Source: a virus. From it: a DNA stretch of 64,000 bases. A program made the position numbers and the translations under genes. Positions within the stretch are counted from its first letter, which is position 1. Each line of letters begins with the position of its first letter. Under the pieces are notes generated by a model. That model was not told where the DNA came from. It made no database searches and saw nothing but the letters and a program-made list of their open reading frames with translations. The stretch spans positions 42,630 through 106,629 of IMG/VR virus record IMGVR_UViG_3300010412_000002, one strand, 5' to 3'. Shown piece after piece: positions 1-9,590 of the stretch.

Positions 1-150
1 TCCTCAGTACTGTGGTGGCAATACGCTATTCTACTTGCTGGAATGTGGATATCTTATTCGGTATTTTTTCATTTATTTTATCATAAATTTTTCTATAACG
101 ATCCTTTCGCAAACCTACTTGACCCGAGCAAAGTTGTCATAAATAACTAA
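1..150 (+). CDS. 3' end of a membrane protein (partial, starts before the window)
   Basis: Frame 1 is open from base 1 to TAA at 148-150: SSVLWWQYAILLAGMWISYSVFFHLFYHKFFYNDPFANLLDPSKVVINN, with a hydrophobic TM-like stretch; not in the ORF track. Confidence 0.65.
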   Translation, partial: SSVLWWQYAILLAGMWISYSVFFHLFYHKFFYNDPFANLLDPSKVVINN

Positions 151-166
151 GACAAATAAGTACAGC

Positions 167-637
167 ATGAAAGCTAAATTTAAGCTGTCTTATCGGGATG
201 TTTACAGAAAATTACTTCATATACTAAACGCCTTTCAGGAGGCTGCCTCGGAAGAAAAATTAGCTAGTTCTGAAATTGATTTGCTAGCAGAGTTTCTAAT
301 TCTTCCAAAGAAAAAATTTGAGTATCAACCATTTTCGACCTTAGCTAAGAATAAGGTAATAGAAAATGCTAAAGCTCAAGGATGGTCTCTCTCAAGAGAA
401 AATATTAATAATAAGATTTATTCTCTTGTGTTAAAAGGTTATTTGTGGAGAGATGATGATGGGGTAGTATACCTAAAACCTCATATAAAAAAACTAATAG
501 ATCAACTTCGTAAGGATATAGATGTCACTGGAAAATATACTTTCGAAGTAGAATTAGCATTAACAAATGAGGAAACTAAAGATAAAACCGACGAGCTACG
601 CAGTGATATCGGATTTGACGGAGGCCCAACTGAGTGA
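167..637 (+). CDS. Winged-HTH DNA-binding protein (crAss RepL-like)
   Basis: wHTH-like pattern SEIDLLAEFL...LSRENINNKIYSLVLKGYL; lies upstream of the terminase as in crAss-like phages. Confidence 0.55.
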   Translation: MKAKFKLSYRDVYRKLLHILNAFQEAASEEKLASSEIDLLAEFLILPKKKFEYQPFSTLAKNKVIENAKAQGWSLSRENINNKIYSLVLKGYLWRDDDGVVYLKPHIKKLIDQLRKDIDVTGKYTFEVELALTNEETKDKTDELRSDIGFDGGPTE

Positions 638-998
638 GTTTGGTATTACACGAGATCAAATAGATTTAGTAGTTGCTTATCAGTTTGATTTTGTGTCAGA
701 ATTTTTTGAAAATCCTATAAAAGGCAAACTCTATATCCATGAACTAGGAAGTTTTGTAATCCACGCAAAAACAGTAATTGGATTTTTAAAATCTATAATA
801 AGCCGATTAAAGAAGAAACGTGCAAATAATGAACCATATGACATTAATGAAGTTAATAGGTTTAAGCATTGGTGGAAATATCGGCATGTTGCAATAGAAT
901 ACGTAGCGAATTATTCGCGACAAAACGTGAAAGGTTTTTATAGGCCTTTCGATATTAAGAAAAATATTTATATACCTAAATCTAAAAAAGGACAATAA
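567..998 (+). CDS. HU/IHF-like DNA-binding protein
   Basis: SEFGITRDQIDLVVAYQFDFVSEFF...KLYIHELGSFVI resembles the HU helix-helix plus (V/L)xIxxFGxF motif; basic C-terminus. Confidence 0.55.
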   Translation: MRKLKIKPTSYAVISDLTEAQLSEFGITRDQIDLVVAYQFDFVSEFFENPIKGKLYIHELGSFVIHAKTVIGFLKSIISRLKKKRANNEPYDINEVNRFKHWWKYRHVAIEYVANYSRQNVKGFYRPFDIKKNIYIPKSKKGQ

Positions 999-999
999 C

Positions 1000-1578
1000 A
1001 TGAGTTCATCGCATAAGCTGAAAAGCATTGTTCAAAACAAGACCTATAGCGATCTAGAGGAGCGCTTGGCATACAATGAAAATATTCAAGTAGTTCCTAA
1101 TTACTTCAAGGATATTATGATTCTAGGACCCAAGGGAGTACTAGTAAAAATGTATAAATTTACTGAGCACACATCTACTCGTGGCGGGCTCGTAACTCAA
1201 AAATATAAAGATTATCTTAAAGATAGTGGCAGTCATGGAGCTAGTCTAGATGACTTCCTATATCAAGCTAGAGGAATCATTATTAGCATTTCCCCTGAAG
1301 CCCAAAAATATATTAACGAGACTCTTTCAGAAGAGGCTGCTGCAAAATTGAAGCCAGGAACAACCGTGTGGCTGCATCCAGGTAATGGAGTTAATCCTAA
1401 TAATCAATTCTTATACGATCGTGTACATCCAGTAGTTGAGCAAATTGACTACTTAACTCTTCATCCCAATCATATTGATGCCGTGGAACTTTCAACTCCG
1501 GTAAAAGAGATTGAATATACGGACACTTATATCGTAGCAGAAACTCCCGTATATGAGCTTCCTGAACAAGATGCGTGA
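1000..1578 (+). CDS. GroES/Cpn10-like co-chaperonin, enlarged (192 aa)
   Basis: LGPKGVLVK...TSTRGGLV (mobile loop)...QARGIIISISP...LKPGTTVWL parallels GroES PLxDRVLVK..TxGGI..xGxVVAVGPG..VKxGDxV; a groEL gene lies 0.8 kb downstream. Confidence 0.65.
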   Translation: MSSSHKLKSIVQNKTYSDLEERLAYNENIQVVPNYFKDIMILGPKGVLVKMYKFTEHTSTRGGLVTQKYKDYLKDSGSHGASLDDFLYQARGIIISISPEAQKYINETLSEEAAAKLKPGTTVWLHPGNGVNPNNQFLYDRVHPVVEQIDYLTLHPNHIDAVELSTPVKEIEYTDTYIVAETPVYELPEQDA

Positions 1579-2179
1579 TTTTGTTGAAGGAAATTACTTA
1601 TTCTTTAACAGACCACATAACGCACCACATATTAACGAGCAAGCCATGTGGCGAGCTTATCACTGTCAAGACTGTCTAAAAGCAGGTAAGTGCAGACATT
1701 GTGGATGCAAAACACCAAATATGTTTTTCTCTCCAAACAAAGCCGACTCTGCTAATAAATGGGGGAAAATGATGAGTCAGACTCAGTGGGAAGCTTTTAA
1801 GGAATCCGAACCTGAGTATAAAATCTTTGAGAAAACATTAATTACCCAAAAGAAAGCTGACAATGCAAGTACTGAACTTTACAGAGAGCAGCAAAAATTT
1901 CTGGGATATACACCCCCAGTTACAGATCCCCTTTTCGCACACAATCAAAGAGCTGGGAAAGAAGGAGTCATCACAACTGCTCTGGGCGATAGCCCTGATG
2001 AATCATCCTCGCTCACCATACTACAATCTACCATACGAAGAGAGGAAAGCAACGATCTTGGAGGATTACCAACTTCAGGAGGAGAATCTAGTAGAAATGG
2101 AGAAGTTAGTGTCATTGTTTCAGAACGTGACAATGACTCCAGAACAGAGACTCTTAATGACCTGGAAGAAGAAGATTGA
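1553..2179 (+). CDS. Zn-finger protein (CxxC...CxxCGC); C-terminal half overlaps the next gene
   Basis: HCQDCLKAGKCRHCGCK motif followed by KWGKMMSQTQWEAFK; a similar small Zn-binding gene sits upstream of TerL in crAss-like phages. Confidence 0.7.
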   Translation: MSFLNKMRDFVEGNYLFFNRPHNAPHINEQAMWRAYHCQDCLKAGKCRHCGCKTPNMFFSPNKADSANKWGKMMSQTQWEAFKESEPEYKIFEKTLITQKKADNASTELYREQQKFLGYTPPVTDPLFAHNQRAGKEGVITTALGDSPDESSSLTILQSTIRREESNDLGGLPTSGGESSRNGEVSVIVSERDNDSRTETLNDLEEED

Positions 2180-2375
2180 CGAACGTAATGAACTCGTTAA
2201 CTCAATAGAATATACTCTTGAGAACTTCGAAACGGTAGATAAACTTATTACGAATACAGATAAAGTATTTAAACAATATCAAACTGTAAAGGCCGAAGTA
2301 GAAAAGCAAGATGAAGCTGCCATGACAACTGAAGGTGGTTCAGTCTTATCTCTATCGGACTTAGATATGATCTAA
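1863..2375 (+). CDS. Conserved crAss-like protein, candidate terminase small subunit
   Basis: LWAIALMNHPRSPYYNLPYEER motif, helical C-terminus, position upstream of TerL; function inferred. Confidence 0.5.
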   Translation: MQVLNFTESSKNFWDIHPQLQIPFSHTIKELGKKESSQLLWAIALMNHPRSPYYNLPYEERKATILEDYQLQEENLVEMEKLVSLFQNVTMTPEQRLLMTWKKKIDERNELVNSIEYTLENFETVDKLITNTDKVFKQYQTVKAEVEKQDEAAMTTEGGSVLSLSDLDMI

Positions 2376-2385
2376 ATAAAGACAT

Positions 2386-4017
2386 ATGGCTAAAGATGTA
2401 ACATTCGCTCCACTAGCGGAACTAAAAATAGGAGTAGACATTATTGCTGATGCAGTAAAGTCCACACTAGGTCCTAAAGGGCGAAATGTAGTTTTGCGTA
2501 CAAACTATAAAAAGAACGCACCTCACGTCACTAAGGATGGGGTAACGGTTGCCAAAGAAATTGAATTGGCTGATCCTGTACAGGATGTCGCCGTACAGCT
2601 TGTAAAACAGGCCGCAGATAAAACCGCCCAACTTGCTGGGGATGGTACGACTACCGCCACAGTACTGACACAAGCAATTTTTAATGAGGGATATAAATTT
2701 ATCAATGCAGGAGTATCTCCTACAGATCTTCGCAAAGGCATTGAAGAGGCCGCAGAGATTGTTCAAGATTTTATTGATCAGCAGGCTGTAACACTGGATC
2801 TCGAAAAAGAAGAAGACAGACTGAAAGTATTTCAGATCGCTTCACTTTCTGCTAATAATGATGAAAAGGTAGGGAGTTTAGTAACTGAAGCCACACTGAA
2901 AGCTACACTTGACGGCGTGATCGCCATAGAAGATTCAAACACCGCTGAATCATATATTGAGCACCTAGAAGGTTACTCATTTGATAGGGGATATATCTCA
3001 CCTCATTTTATTACCGACTCTGAACGTAATGAAGTTGTTTATGAAAATCCATACATCTTTCTATATAATGGGAAGATTCGCGATATCAATGATATGGCCT
3101 CGGTGGCAGAAGAAGTTGCTACTAAAGGAAACAAACAACCACTTCTAGTTATTGCTGATGAGATCGAAGGCCAAGCTATCCAGTTTCTCGTAGTAAATAA
3201 AGTACGAGGAGGATTCCCGCTGGTAGCAGTAAAGGCTCCGTCTTTTGGGGATCGTAGACGTAAGATGCTCGAAGATATTGCAGTAGCTACTAATGGTGTT
3301 GTGATCTCAGATGAGATTGGAGTGCACATTAAGGAAGCAACTATTGAATATTTTGGGAGAGCAGATAAAGTCGTAATCACTAGTGATAATACTTCTATCA
3401 TTGGTGGCCATGGAGACAAACGAGAGATTCAGCAGCGAATTGAAGAAATCAAGGCTGAAAAAACTCGTGCTAAATATGACTGGGAAGCACAGCAACTACA
3501 AGAACGTTTAGCTAAACTTGTTGGTGGTGTGTCAGTGATTAGAGTTGGCGCAATTACTGAGCCAGAACTGAAAGAGAAAAAAGATCGAATTGATGATTCC
3601 TTGAATGCTGCTAGATCCGCTATTAAAGGTGGTATTGTACCTGGTGGCGGGTCTATTTTTCTACGGGCGCATGATCACTTAATCGAACGGGGACTCCCTA
3701 ACGATGAATCAAAATTTGGGTATCAATGCCTACTAAATGCCCTAACTTCGCCTTTTTACACTATATGTAGTAATGCAGGACAATCCGGAGAAAGGTATAG
3801 AGGCATGATTGAGTACGATAAATGGCAGGTATATAATGCTGCTACAAATCGAATTGAAGACGCCCTTTCATCTGGAATTATTGATCCAGCATTAGTATGC
3901 AAGGTTGCACTTGCAAATGCTGCATCAATTGCTACCCTACTCTTAAACACATCAGTTACAATTACCAATGATAGCAACGAGCTAGATTTGTCTCAAGCCC
4001 CAATGTCACCACTATGA
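2386..4017 (+). CDS. groEL: Chaperonin GroEL (Cpn60), phage-encoded
   Basis: TLGPKGRNV, TKDGVTVAKEI, AGDGTTTATVL, FDRGYISP, KAPSFGDRR, LQERLAKL, GIVPGGG, GIIDP; lacks the GGM tail. Confidence 0.97.
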   Translation: MAKDVTFAPLAELKIGVDIIADAVKSTLGPKGRNVVLRTNYKKNAPHVTKDGVTVAKEIELADPVQDVAVQLVKQAADKTAQLAGDGTTTATVLTQAIFNEGYKFINAGVSPTDLRKGIEEAAEIVQDFIDQQAVTLDLEKEEDRLKVFQIASLSANNDEKVGSLVTEATLKATLDGVIAIEDSNTAESYIEHLEGYSFDRGYISPHFITDSERNEVVYENPYIFLYNGKIRDINDMASVAEEVATKGNKQPLLVIADEIEGQAIQFLVVNKVRGGFPLVAVKAPSFGDRRRKMLEDIAVATNGVVISDEIGVHIKEATIEYFGRADKVVITSDNTSIIGGHGDKREIQQRIEEIKAEKTRAKYDWEAQQLQERLAKLVGGVSVIRVGAITEPELKEKKDRIDDSLNAARSAIKGGIVPGGGSIFLRAHDHLIERGLPNDESKFGYQCLLNALTSPFYTICSNAGQSGERYRGMIEYDKWQVYNAATNRIEDALSSGIIDPALVCKVALANAASIATLLLNTSVTITNDSNELDLSQAPMSPL

Positions 4018-4619
4018 TAAGTGCACTATTTATTGATTTAGATGGCACTTTAATTAGAACCAAAAGCAGGAAAAAGTTCCCGGTCGATAAGTTTGACTGG
4101 GAATTTATTCCTCGTACTTTAGAAGTAGTTAAGGAAGCCAAGAACCTAGGGAAAACCCTAGTAATTGTTACTAACCAAGGAGGTATTGGAATTGGACGAT
4201 TAGATGAAGCAGACTTCTTAGAAAAGATGGATGCCATCTGTAATTCTATTCATGAGCTAACTGGTTACGTGTTAAATGAAGATTTTAGATATTATTATTG
4301 TCCTAGCAATGAGGCACAACATTTCGATCGTAAACCAAATCCAGGTATGGCTTATCAAGCTGCTCTAGACATGGGTATTAGTTTACGTCATAGTGTCATG
4401 ATTGGAGACGCTTCTGGTAAAAAGGATGATTGGTCTGCTAGTGATCTCAACTTCTCGATTAATGCGGGTATTGGAAAATATATTGATGTAGATTCCTACC
4501 TCAAATCAGGATTCTTTGACCCGAGACAGATGTTATCATTCTTTGTGAAACGAACTTTTAAAAGTTGGAAAGAACGGGAAGAAGACAAGGAATTCTTTAA
4601 AGATATAAATGGAGACTAA
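4014..4619 (+). CDS. HAD-IIIA phosphatase, polynucleotide 3'-phosphatase-like
   Basis: DLDGTLIRTKS (DxDxT), IVTNQGG, RKPNPGM, IGDASG..WSASD..F; ATGA-coupled to groEL. Confidence 0.85.
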   Translation: MISALFIDLDGTLIRTKSRKKFPVDKFDWEFIPRTLEVVKEAKNLGKTLVIVTNQGGIGIGRLDEADFLEKMDAICNSIHELTGYVLNEDFRYYYCPSNEAQHFDRKPNPGMAYQAALDMGISLRHSVMIGDASGKKDDWSASDLNFSINAGIGKYIDVDSYLKSGFFDPRQMLSFFVKRTFKSWKEREEDKEFFKDINGD

Positions 4620-4855
4620 TGAACTTATCTGAACAAAGTTATTATCCTAAGAAAATCAAACTGGCTCAATTATTCTTTGAACGATATTTCATTGAGGGTA
4701 GAAGTGGAAGATTACCACTAAATGAGTTTGAGTTTGATAGTGGCAATATGTGCTACGTACCAGTAAATATGACAAAAGAACGTGAGGTTACGCTTTCAAT
4801 GAAACAATTTGAACAAGCTGCACGTTTAGGAACAGTAGAAGAAATTCATGATTAA
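4619..4855 (+). CDS. Hypothetical protein
   Basis: 78-aa ORF, TAATG-coupled to the upstream gene and overlapping the TerL start. Confidence 0.7.
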   Translation: MNLSEQSYYPKKIKLAQLFFERYFIEGRSGRLPLNEFEFDSGNMCYVPVNMTKEREVTLSMKQFEQAARLGTVEEIHD

Positions 4856-7136
4856 TAGAGAGAACTTCTTAGTTCATGATTTTGAGGTACATCACCCAGC
4901 ATCATTATCTTATAAAACATATTGGACAGAACAAAAACGTAGATGCATAGAGGGGCATTGGGTATCAGGTCAATGGATGCCTGGGCGTCTCTATTTCTAT
5001 GTTAACATGGCTACTATTCTTTTAAATAAAAAAGGAAGTAAAGTCAAGTTCTATGGCAGGCCGCTGTTGCGAGACCTGGAATGGGCCTTTTTCCCTATTT
5101 GGGAAGAGGCTCGTGGTTTTTCTGGCTTTGACGAAGATGAAGAATATTCTTCGCATAGGGCTCTTCTAGAATATGGGGAAGACCAAAAAGCAGAGCTAGA
5201 AATGAATTATCCAGACGCTTATCCAACGTTAGTAAAACCCGATGGTACGCTCAAAAAGTATGTACGAGCTAAGGATTACATAGGACAACAACATGCAACT
5301 TCTTTAGGAAAACCGCTATTTCTTAATGAATCAAAGAACCTAATGATGCTAGGTCCCCGCGGTTTCGGGAAGAGTTATTCCGTTGGATGTGGTATTGTAG
5401 CTCCAGAATTTCTGTTTGATGGCAAGACTCGACTGCGTAATCCAGATGGGAACAAGCCTTCTAGTGTATCAATTGTAGGAGCTGCGGATGCTAAATATTC
5501 TAACGATCTACTAGGCAAAACAAAAATTACATTAGATAATTTACCTGGATCACTGGAGATAAATGGGGTATTCACTCCTTCTCCTATTTCGAAAAAATAC
5601 AAAGGATCTCTACAACCAGGTAAAGAAATAGAAGCTAGATATAAAGTAAAAGTAGGTGGGAACTGGAGAACGCTTGGATCAGGTTCCCTTATTAAGAATC
5701 GTACCTTTAAAGATAATCCATACGCAATTCAAGGAACTCGTTCTTCCACGGTTATTTACGAAGAGGCTGGTATGTTCTCAAACCTAAGAGAAAGTTACAA
5801 CAACTCTGTGGATGTAATGAAAGATGGTTCACACAAGTTTGGTTCCGCGATGTTTCTAGGAACTGGTGGTGACATGGGAGCTGGTACTATTGATGCTTAT
5901 TACATGTTTTATAATCCCGATGAATTTGATCTTATTACATTTGATGATCAATGGGAGCATAAAGGTAATATCAGTTACTTTATTCCTGCTCATTATGGAG
6001 ATAATGCGTACAAAGATTCCCATGGTTACACCAGGGTTGAGTATGGTCTAAAACGAGAAATAGCTACCAGAGAACGGCTAGCAGGAGACAAAGGGGCTTC
6101 GTCTACTTTAGATGCGTACATAGTCTATCACCCACTTGTACCATCTGAGATGTTCCTTGTGAAGGGAACAAATATTTTTCCTGTTCTGGAATTACGTAGA
6201 CGTCGACAGGAGCTAGACGAAAGTTCAACTGTAGCTCTACTTGAAAAGAGAGTTGAACTATATTATGATCCTAATGCAAAGGCCACTGACGGCGTAAATT
6301 ATAAGTTAGATGTAAGTAATAAGCTAAAACCTATTCGAGAATTTCCTTACAAAGGAGATGATAAAGAGGGAGCGCTTGTTATTTACGAGTTACCCATCTT
6401 AGATGATAAGACCGGAAAAGTGCCAAATGATCTGTATTTAATTGGGCATGACCCTGTAAGAACAGATAACCCAGACGGACCGTCTTTGGCTAGCGTGTAT
6501 GTACTGAAGACTAAAAAATATAAGTACAAATATGGGCATGATGAAGTCGTAGCTCAGTATGTTGGTCGACCATTTAGAGGTCGAAATGTAACCAACGAAT
6601 TAATATTAAAGTTATCAAAATTCTATAACGCCAAAGTATATTTTGAAAATTCTGTTGGCAATGTTAAAGAATATTTTGAAAAACATAAAGAGTTACATAG
6701 ACTAGCAACACAACCAAAAACTGTGTTCACAAATAAAGCGTCATATGAAATTCGAGGAGCATCCACAGTATACGGATATCCAATGGAAGGACGCAAGAAT
6801 AAAATTGATGCACTACATTACGTTGCTGAATGGCTACTAGAAGAAAGAGGCGAAAGTAGAGATGGCCGAACGATACGTAACTTAGATCTACTACCTGATG
6901 TAGGATTGTTAGATGAATTAATCTTTTTTAACCTGGAGGGAAACTTCGACCGTGTCATGGGTTTTGCCGGATGCATTGTTGGATTAGAAGAAACTCATAA
7001 TCAGTACGAAGAGGAATTATTTGCGAAGACAGATACCAAGAATCCTATAACAGACTTTTTTAACAATAACAAAACTCTATTTGCAAATGGCATTAGTAAG
7101 CAACATGACCTTTCCCTCTCAAAGGCTGTCGTATAA
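4848..7136 (+). CDS. terL: Terminase large subunit
   Basis: crAss-type N-terminus YWTEQKRRCIEG...GRLYFYVN; Walker A GPRGFGKS; Walker B VIYEEAG; motif FLGTGG; RNase H-like IGHDP...FENS...NFDRVM. Confidence 0.95.
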   Translation: MINRENFLVHDFEVHHPASLSYKTYWTEQKRRCIEGHWVSGQWMPGRLYFYVNMATILLNKKGSKVKFYGRPLLRDLEWAFFPIWEEARGFSGFDEDEEYSSHRALLEYGEDQKAELEMNYPDAYPTLVKPDGTLKKYVRAKDYIGQQHATSLGKPLFLNESKNLMMLGPRGFGKSYSVGCGIVAPEFLFDGKTRLRNPDGNKPSSVSIVGAADAKYSNDLLGKTKITLDNLPGSLEINGVFTPSPISKKYKGSLQPGKEIEARYKVKVGGNWRTLGSGSLIKNRTFKDNPYAIQGTRSSTVIYEEAGMFSNLRESYNNSVDVMKDGSHKFGSAMFLGTGGDMGAGTIDAYYMFYNPDEFDLITFDDQWEHKGNISYFIPAHYGDNAYKDSHGYTRVEYGLKREIATRERLAGDKGASSTLDAYIVYHPLVPSEMFLVKGTNIFPVLELRRRRQELDESSTVALLEKRVELYYDPNAKATDGVNYKLDVSNKLKPIREFPYKGDDKEGALVIYELPILDDKTGKVPNDLYLIGHDPVRTDNPDGPSLASVYVLKTKKYKYKYGHDEVVAQYVGRPFRGRNVTNELILKLSKFYNAKVYFENSVGNVKEYFEKHKELHRLATQPKTVFTNKASYEIRGASTVYGYPMEGRKNKIDALHYVAEWLLEERGESRDGRTIRNLDLLPDVGLLDELIFFNLEGNFDRVMGFAGCIVGLEETHNQYEEELFAKTDTKNPITDFFNNNKTLFANGISKQHDLSLSKAVV

Positions 7137-9516
7137 AAAGAAGATTGAAAACAATCTTAAGTGGGGAAAAGACATGATCGACAATCTATGCTTGTATTAT
7201 CAGCATAGCTACGATGGTGAGTCAGATAGTGAGGGCAGATCCTCTTATCGAAATAAATGGACAAACTACCAACTATATAATAACATGTTGGAACAATCTG
7301 AATTTGAACGAGATTGCAACTTGTTAGGCATTGAAGTTGGTCAGTTTAAAGATGAGATTAAGCCTTACAATAAGACTCCCAATAAAATTCAAGTTTTACT
7401 TGGAGAAGAAATGCGCAGACCTTTTAACTATAACAGTTTGCTAATCAATAGCTCTGGTATTCGTACAAAACAGGCTATGCGCACCGAGCTGCTTAAAGAA
7501 ACAATTCTTAAGAACATTGAAGAACTAGTTCAAGTTATTAGAGAACTAAATCAAAATCCTGAGGATCCGGCAGCAGAACAACGTGTGCAAGAGAAGATAA
7601 ACGCTCTTGTACCGCCAGAAGAACTACAGACGTTGTCTCCTTCTACATATTTAGATAGGAGAGAAATTATGGCTACTAAGCTGCTTAAGTATCTAACTAA
7701 GCAGCAGAATATTCGTGAGAAGATGAACGACGCATTTAAACACGGACTCATCTCGGGTGAAGAAGCTGCTTGGGTTGGCGTACGTAATAACCAACCAGTT
7801 GTGGATGTTCTGAACTCACTAGGATTATTCTATGATAAATCCCCCGAAGTTAAATATATTCAAGATGGCCGCTTTGCTGGATATCGAACTATGATGACTA
7901 CTGGCGATGTAATTGATCGTTGGATTGATGAGTTATCTGAAGATGATTTAACAAAGTTAGAGGGCCCTATGCAAGGTATAAATGGTGTTCGCGATGATCT
8001 AGTAGGAAAGGAAATGAACTACCATAATGTGGATCTATACTACGAATACATGTCTCGAATGGGAGACTATGGATTCGAAGAAGGCTCGTATGGCCGCGCT
8101 CAAAATGGTGATCACGTACTAGTTACGCATGTGGAATGGAAGTCAATGCGTAAGGTTTATTTTGTAACGTATGTCAATGAATTTGGCGACAAGCAAAAAG
8201 ATATCTACTCAGAAGAATTTGAAATTCCTTCTCATTTCCGTGAAGAGAAAAAGAACTTAGGTCCAACTAAAACTAAGAAAGTTTGGACTGATGGTGTGTC
8301 AGTAATTGAAGAAGCCTGGATTCCAGAAGTATGGGAAGGTACTCGTATCGGTGATGATATTTATGTAGGAATTCGTCCTAAGTCATATCAACATCGTAAT
8401 GAAGATAACCCATATGATGTAAAATTAGGTTATCACGGGCTTGTATATAACAACATGAATGCAGGTTCTGTTTCTCTTATGGATCGTATGAAACCTTTTC
8501 AATATCTCTATTTCTTTGTAATGCATAAGATGAAACTTATGATTGCAAAAGATAAAGGTCAAGTATTCCATTTCGATACTTCTATGGTACCAGAGAATAT
8601 GTCTATTGAGAAGGTACTATATTACTTGGAAAATCTTGATCTAGATATTTATAACTCATTGCAGAACGCTCAAATGGCTGGGGCTACGCAACGTGGCAAG
8701 ATTACTGGCTCAACGAATCGTTCCAATATGCAACACATCGTAAGTTATATTAATGTTCTGGATGCGTTGGATATGCAGATTTCAGATGTAGCAGGTATTC
8801 CAAAACCACGCGAAGGTTATACACCTACTCAACAAGCAGTAACTAATGCGCAACAGGATCTTCAACAATCTTCTGCTGTTACGGAAGCTGTATACTTTGC
8901 TCCACACTATAATCTTTGGAGACATATTTTAACATCTCTTCTTGAATGCGCGCAGGCTGTATGGAAAAATAAATCTATTGTTAAGCAGTATGCATTAGAT
9001 GATATGTCAATTGAAACATTGGAACTTACTCCAGATGACTTATCAAACGATTCTATTGGATTATTTGTTTCAAACTCATATGAAGATTCCCAGATTATAG
9101 AAACCTTAAAGAGCATGGCTCAGCCCCTTATTCAAAATGATAAGGCAAAGATCTCTGATCTTATTCGTATTGTTAAATCTAGTTCTATTCAAGAGCTTGA
9201 ACAGTACATTCGTCAATCAGAGAAAACCGCAGAGGAAGCTCTTAATAGACAGTACGAACAACAACAGAAAGTTGTGGAAATGCAGATTGAGGCTAAGAAA
9301 GCTGAGATTGAAGATCAACAAGAACACGAAAAAGAACTCAAGCAGATGGAACTTGATAATGCCATTCTAATAAAGCAAATGGAAATCGAGTCGGATCAAA
9401 TGATAGACACATTAGAAGAAAGAAAGCTTGAGCAAGAAAGAACGCTTGCAGAGAAGAAATTAGACGTAGAACGTCAAAAAGTACAAGCGCAAAAGAATAA
9501 ACCCGTCAGCAAATAA
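7087..9516 (+). CDS. Portal protein
   Basis: Follows TerL; FPSQRL..KK, NKIQVLLGEE..RP, EVWEGTRIG, SLMDRMKPFQYLY, AGIPKPREG; coiled-coil C-terminus; ATG at 7087 preferred to TTG at 7081. Confidence 0.92.
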   Translation: MALVSNMTFPSQRLSYKKKIENNLKWGKDMIDNLCLYYQHSYDGESDSEGRSSYRNKWTNYQLYNNMLEQSEFERDCNLLGIEVGQFKDEIKPYNKTPNKIQVLLGEEMRRPFNYNSLLINSSGIRTKQAMRTELLKETILKNIEELVQVIRELNQNPEDPAAEQRVQEKINALVPPEELQTLSPSTYLDRREIMATKLLKYLTKQQNIREKMNDAFKHGLISGEEAAWVGVRNNQPVVDVLNSLGLFYDKSPEVKYIQDGRFAGYRTMMTTGDVIDRWIDELSEDDLTKLEGPMQGINGVRDDLVGKEMNYHNVDLYYEYMSRMGDYGFEEGSYGRAQNGDHVLVTHVEWKSMRKVYFVTYVNEFGDKQKDIYSEEFEIPSHFREEKKNLGPTKTKKVWTDGVSVIEEAWIPEVWEGTRIGDDIYVGIRPKSYQHRNEDNPYDVKLGYHGLVYNNMNAGSVSLMDRMKPFQYLYFFVMHKMKLMIAKDKGQVFHFDTSMVPENMSIEKVLYYLENLDLDIYNSLQNAQMAGATQRGKITGSTNRSNMQHIVSYINVLDALDMQISDVAGIPKPREGYTPTQQAVTNAQQDLQQSSAVTEAVYFAPHYNLWRHILTSLLECAQAVWKNKSIVKQYALDDMSIETLELTPDDLSNDSIGLFVSNSYEDSQIIETLKSMAQPLIQNDKAKISDLIRIVKSSSIQELEQYIRQSEKTAEEALNRQYEQQQKVVEMQIEAKKAEIEDQQEHEKELKQMELDNAILIKQMEIESDQMIDTLEERKLEQERTLAEKKLDVERQKVQAQKNKPVSK

Positions 9517-9590
9517 TTACATAATTTTTTAAATAAATTGCTGTCCATAGGTTATTATATTATAAATTATAATTAAAATTTTTTATCTTT
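9517..9590 (+). promoter_or_regulatory. AT-rich spacer upstream of scaffold/MCP genes, candidate late promoter and translation initiation region
   Basis: One of the longest spacers in the block, very AT-rich (TATTATATTATAAATTATAATT), no SD; position only. Confidence 0.35.

Noticed and set aside
110-117. TAGGTTTG on the - strand, matching the Bacteroidota -7 promoter
   Set aside because: Lies within a + strand reading frame, has no properly spaced -33 TTTG, and the downstream ATG at 72 hits TAG after 13 codons
2386-4017. groEL as evidence of host chromosome or a prophage boundary
   Set aside because: Flanked by and translationally coupled to phage genes, divergent, lacks the GGM tail, same composition as neighbours
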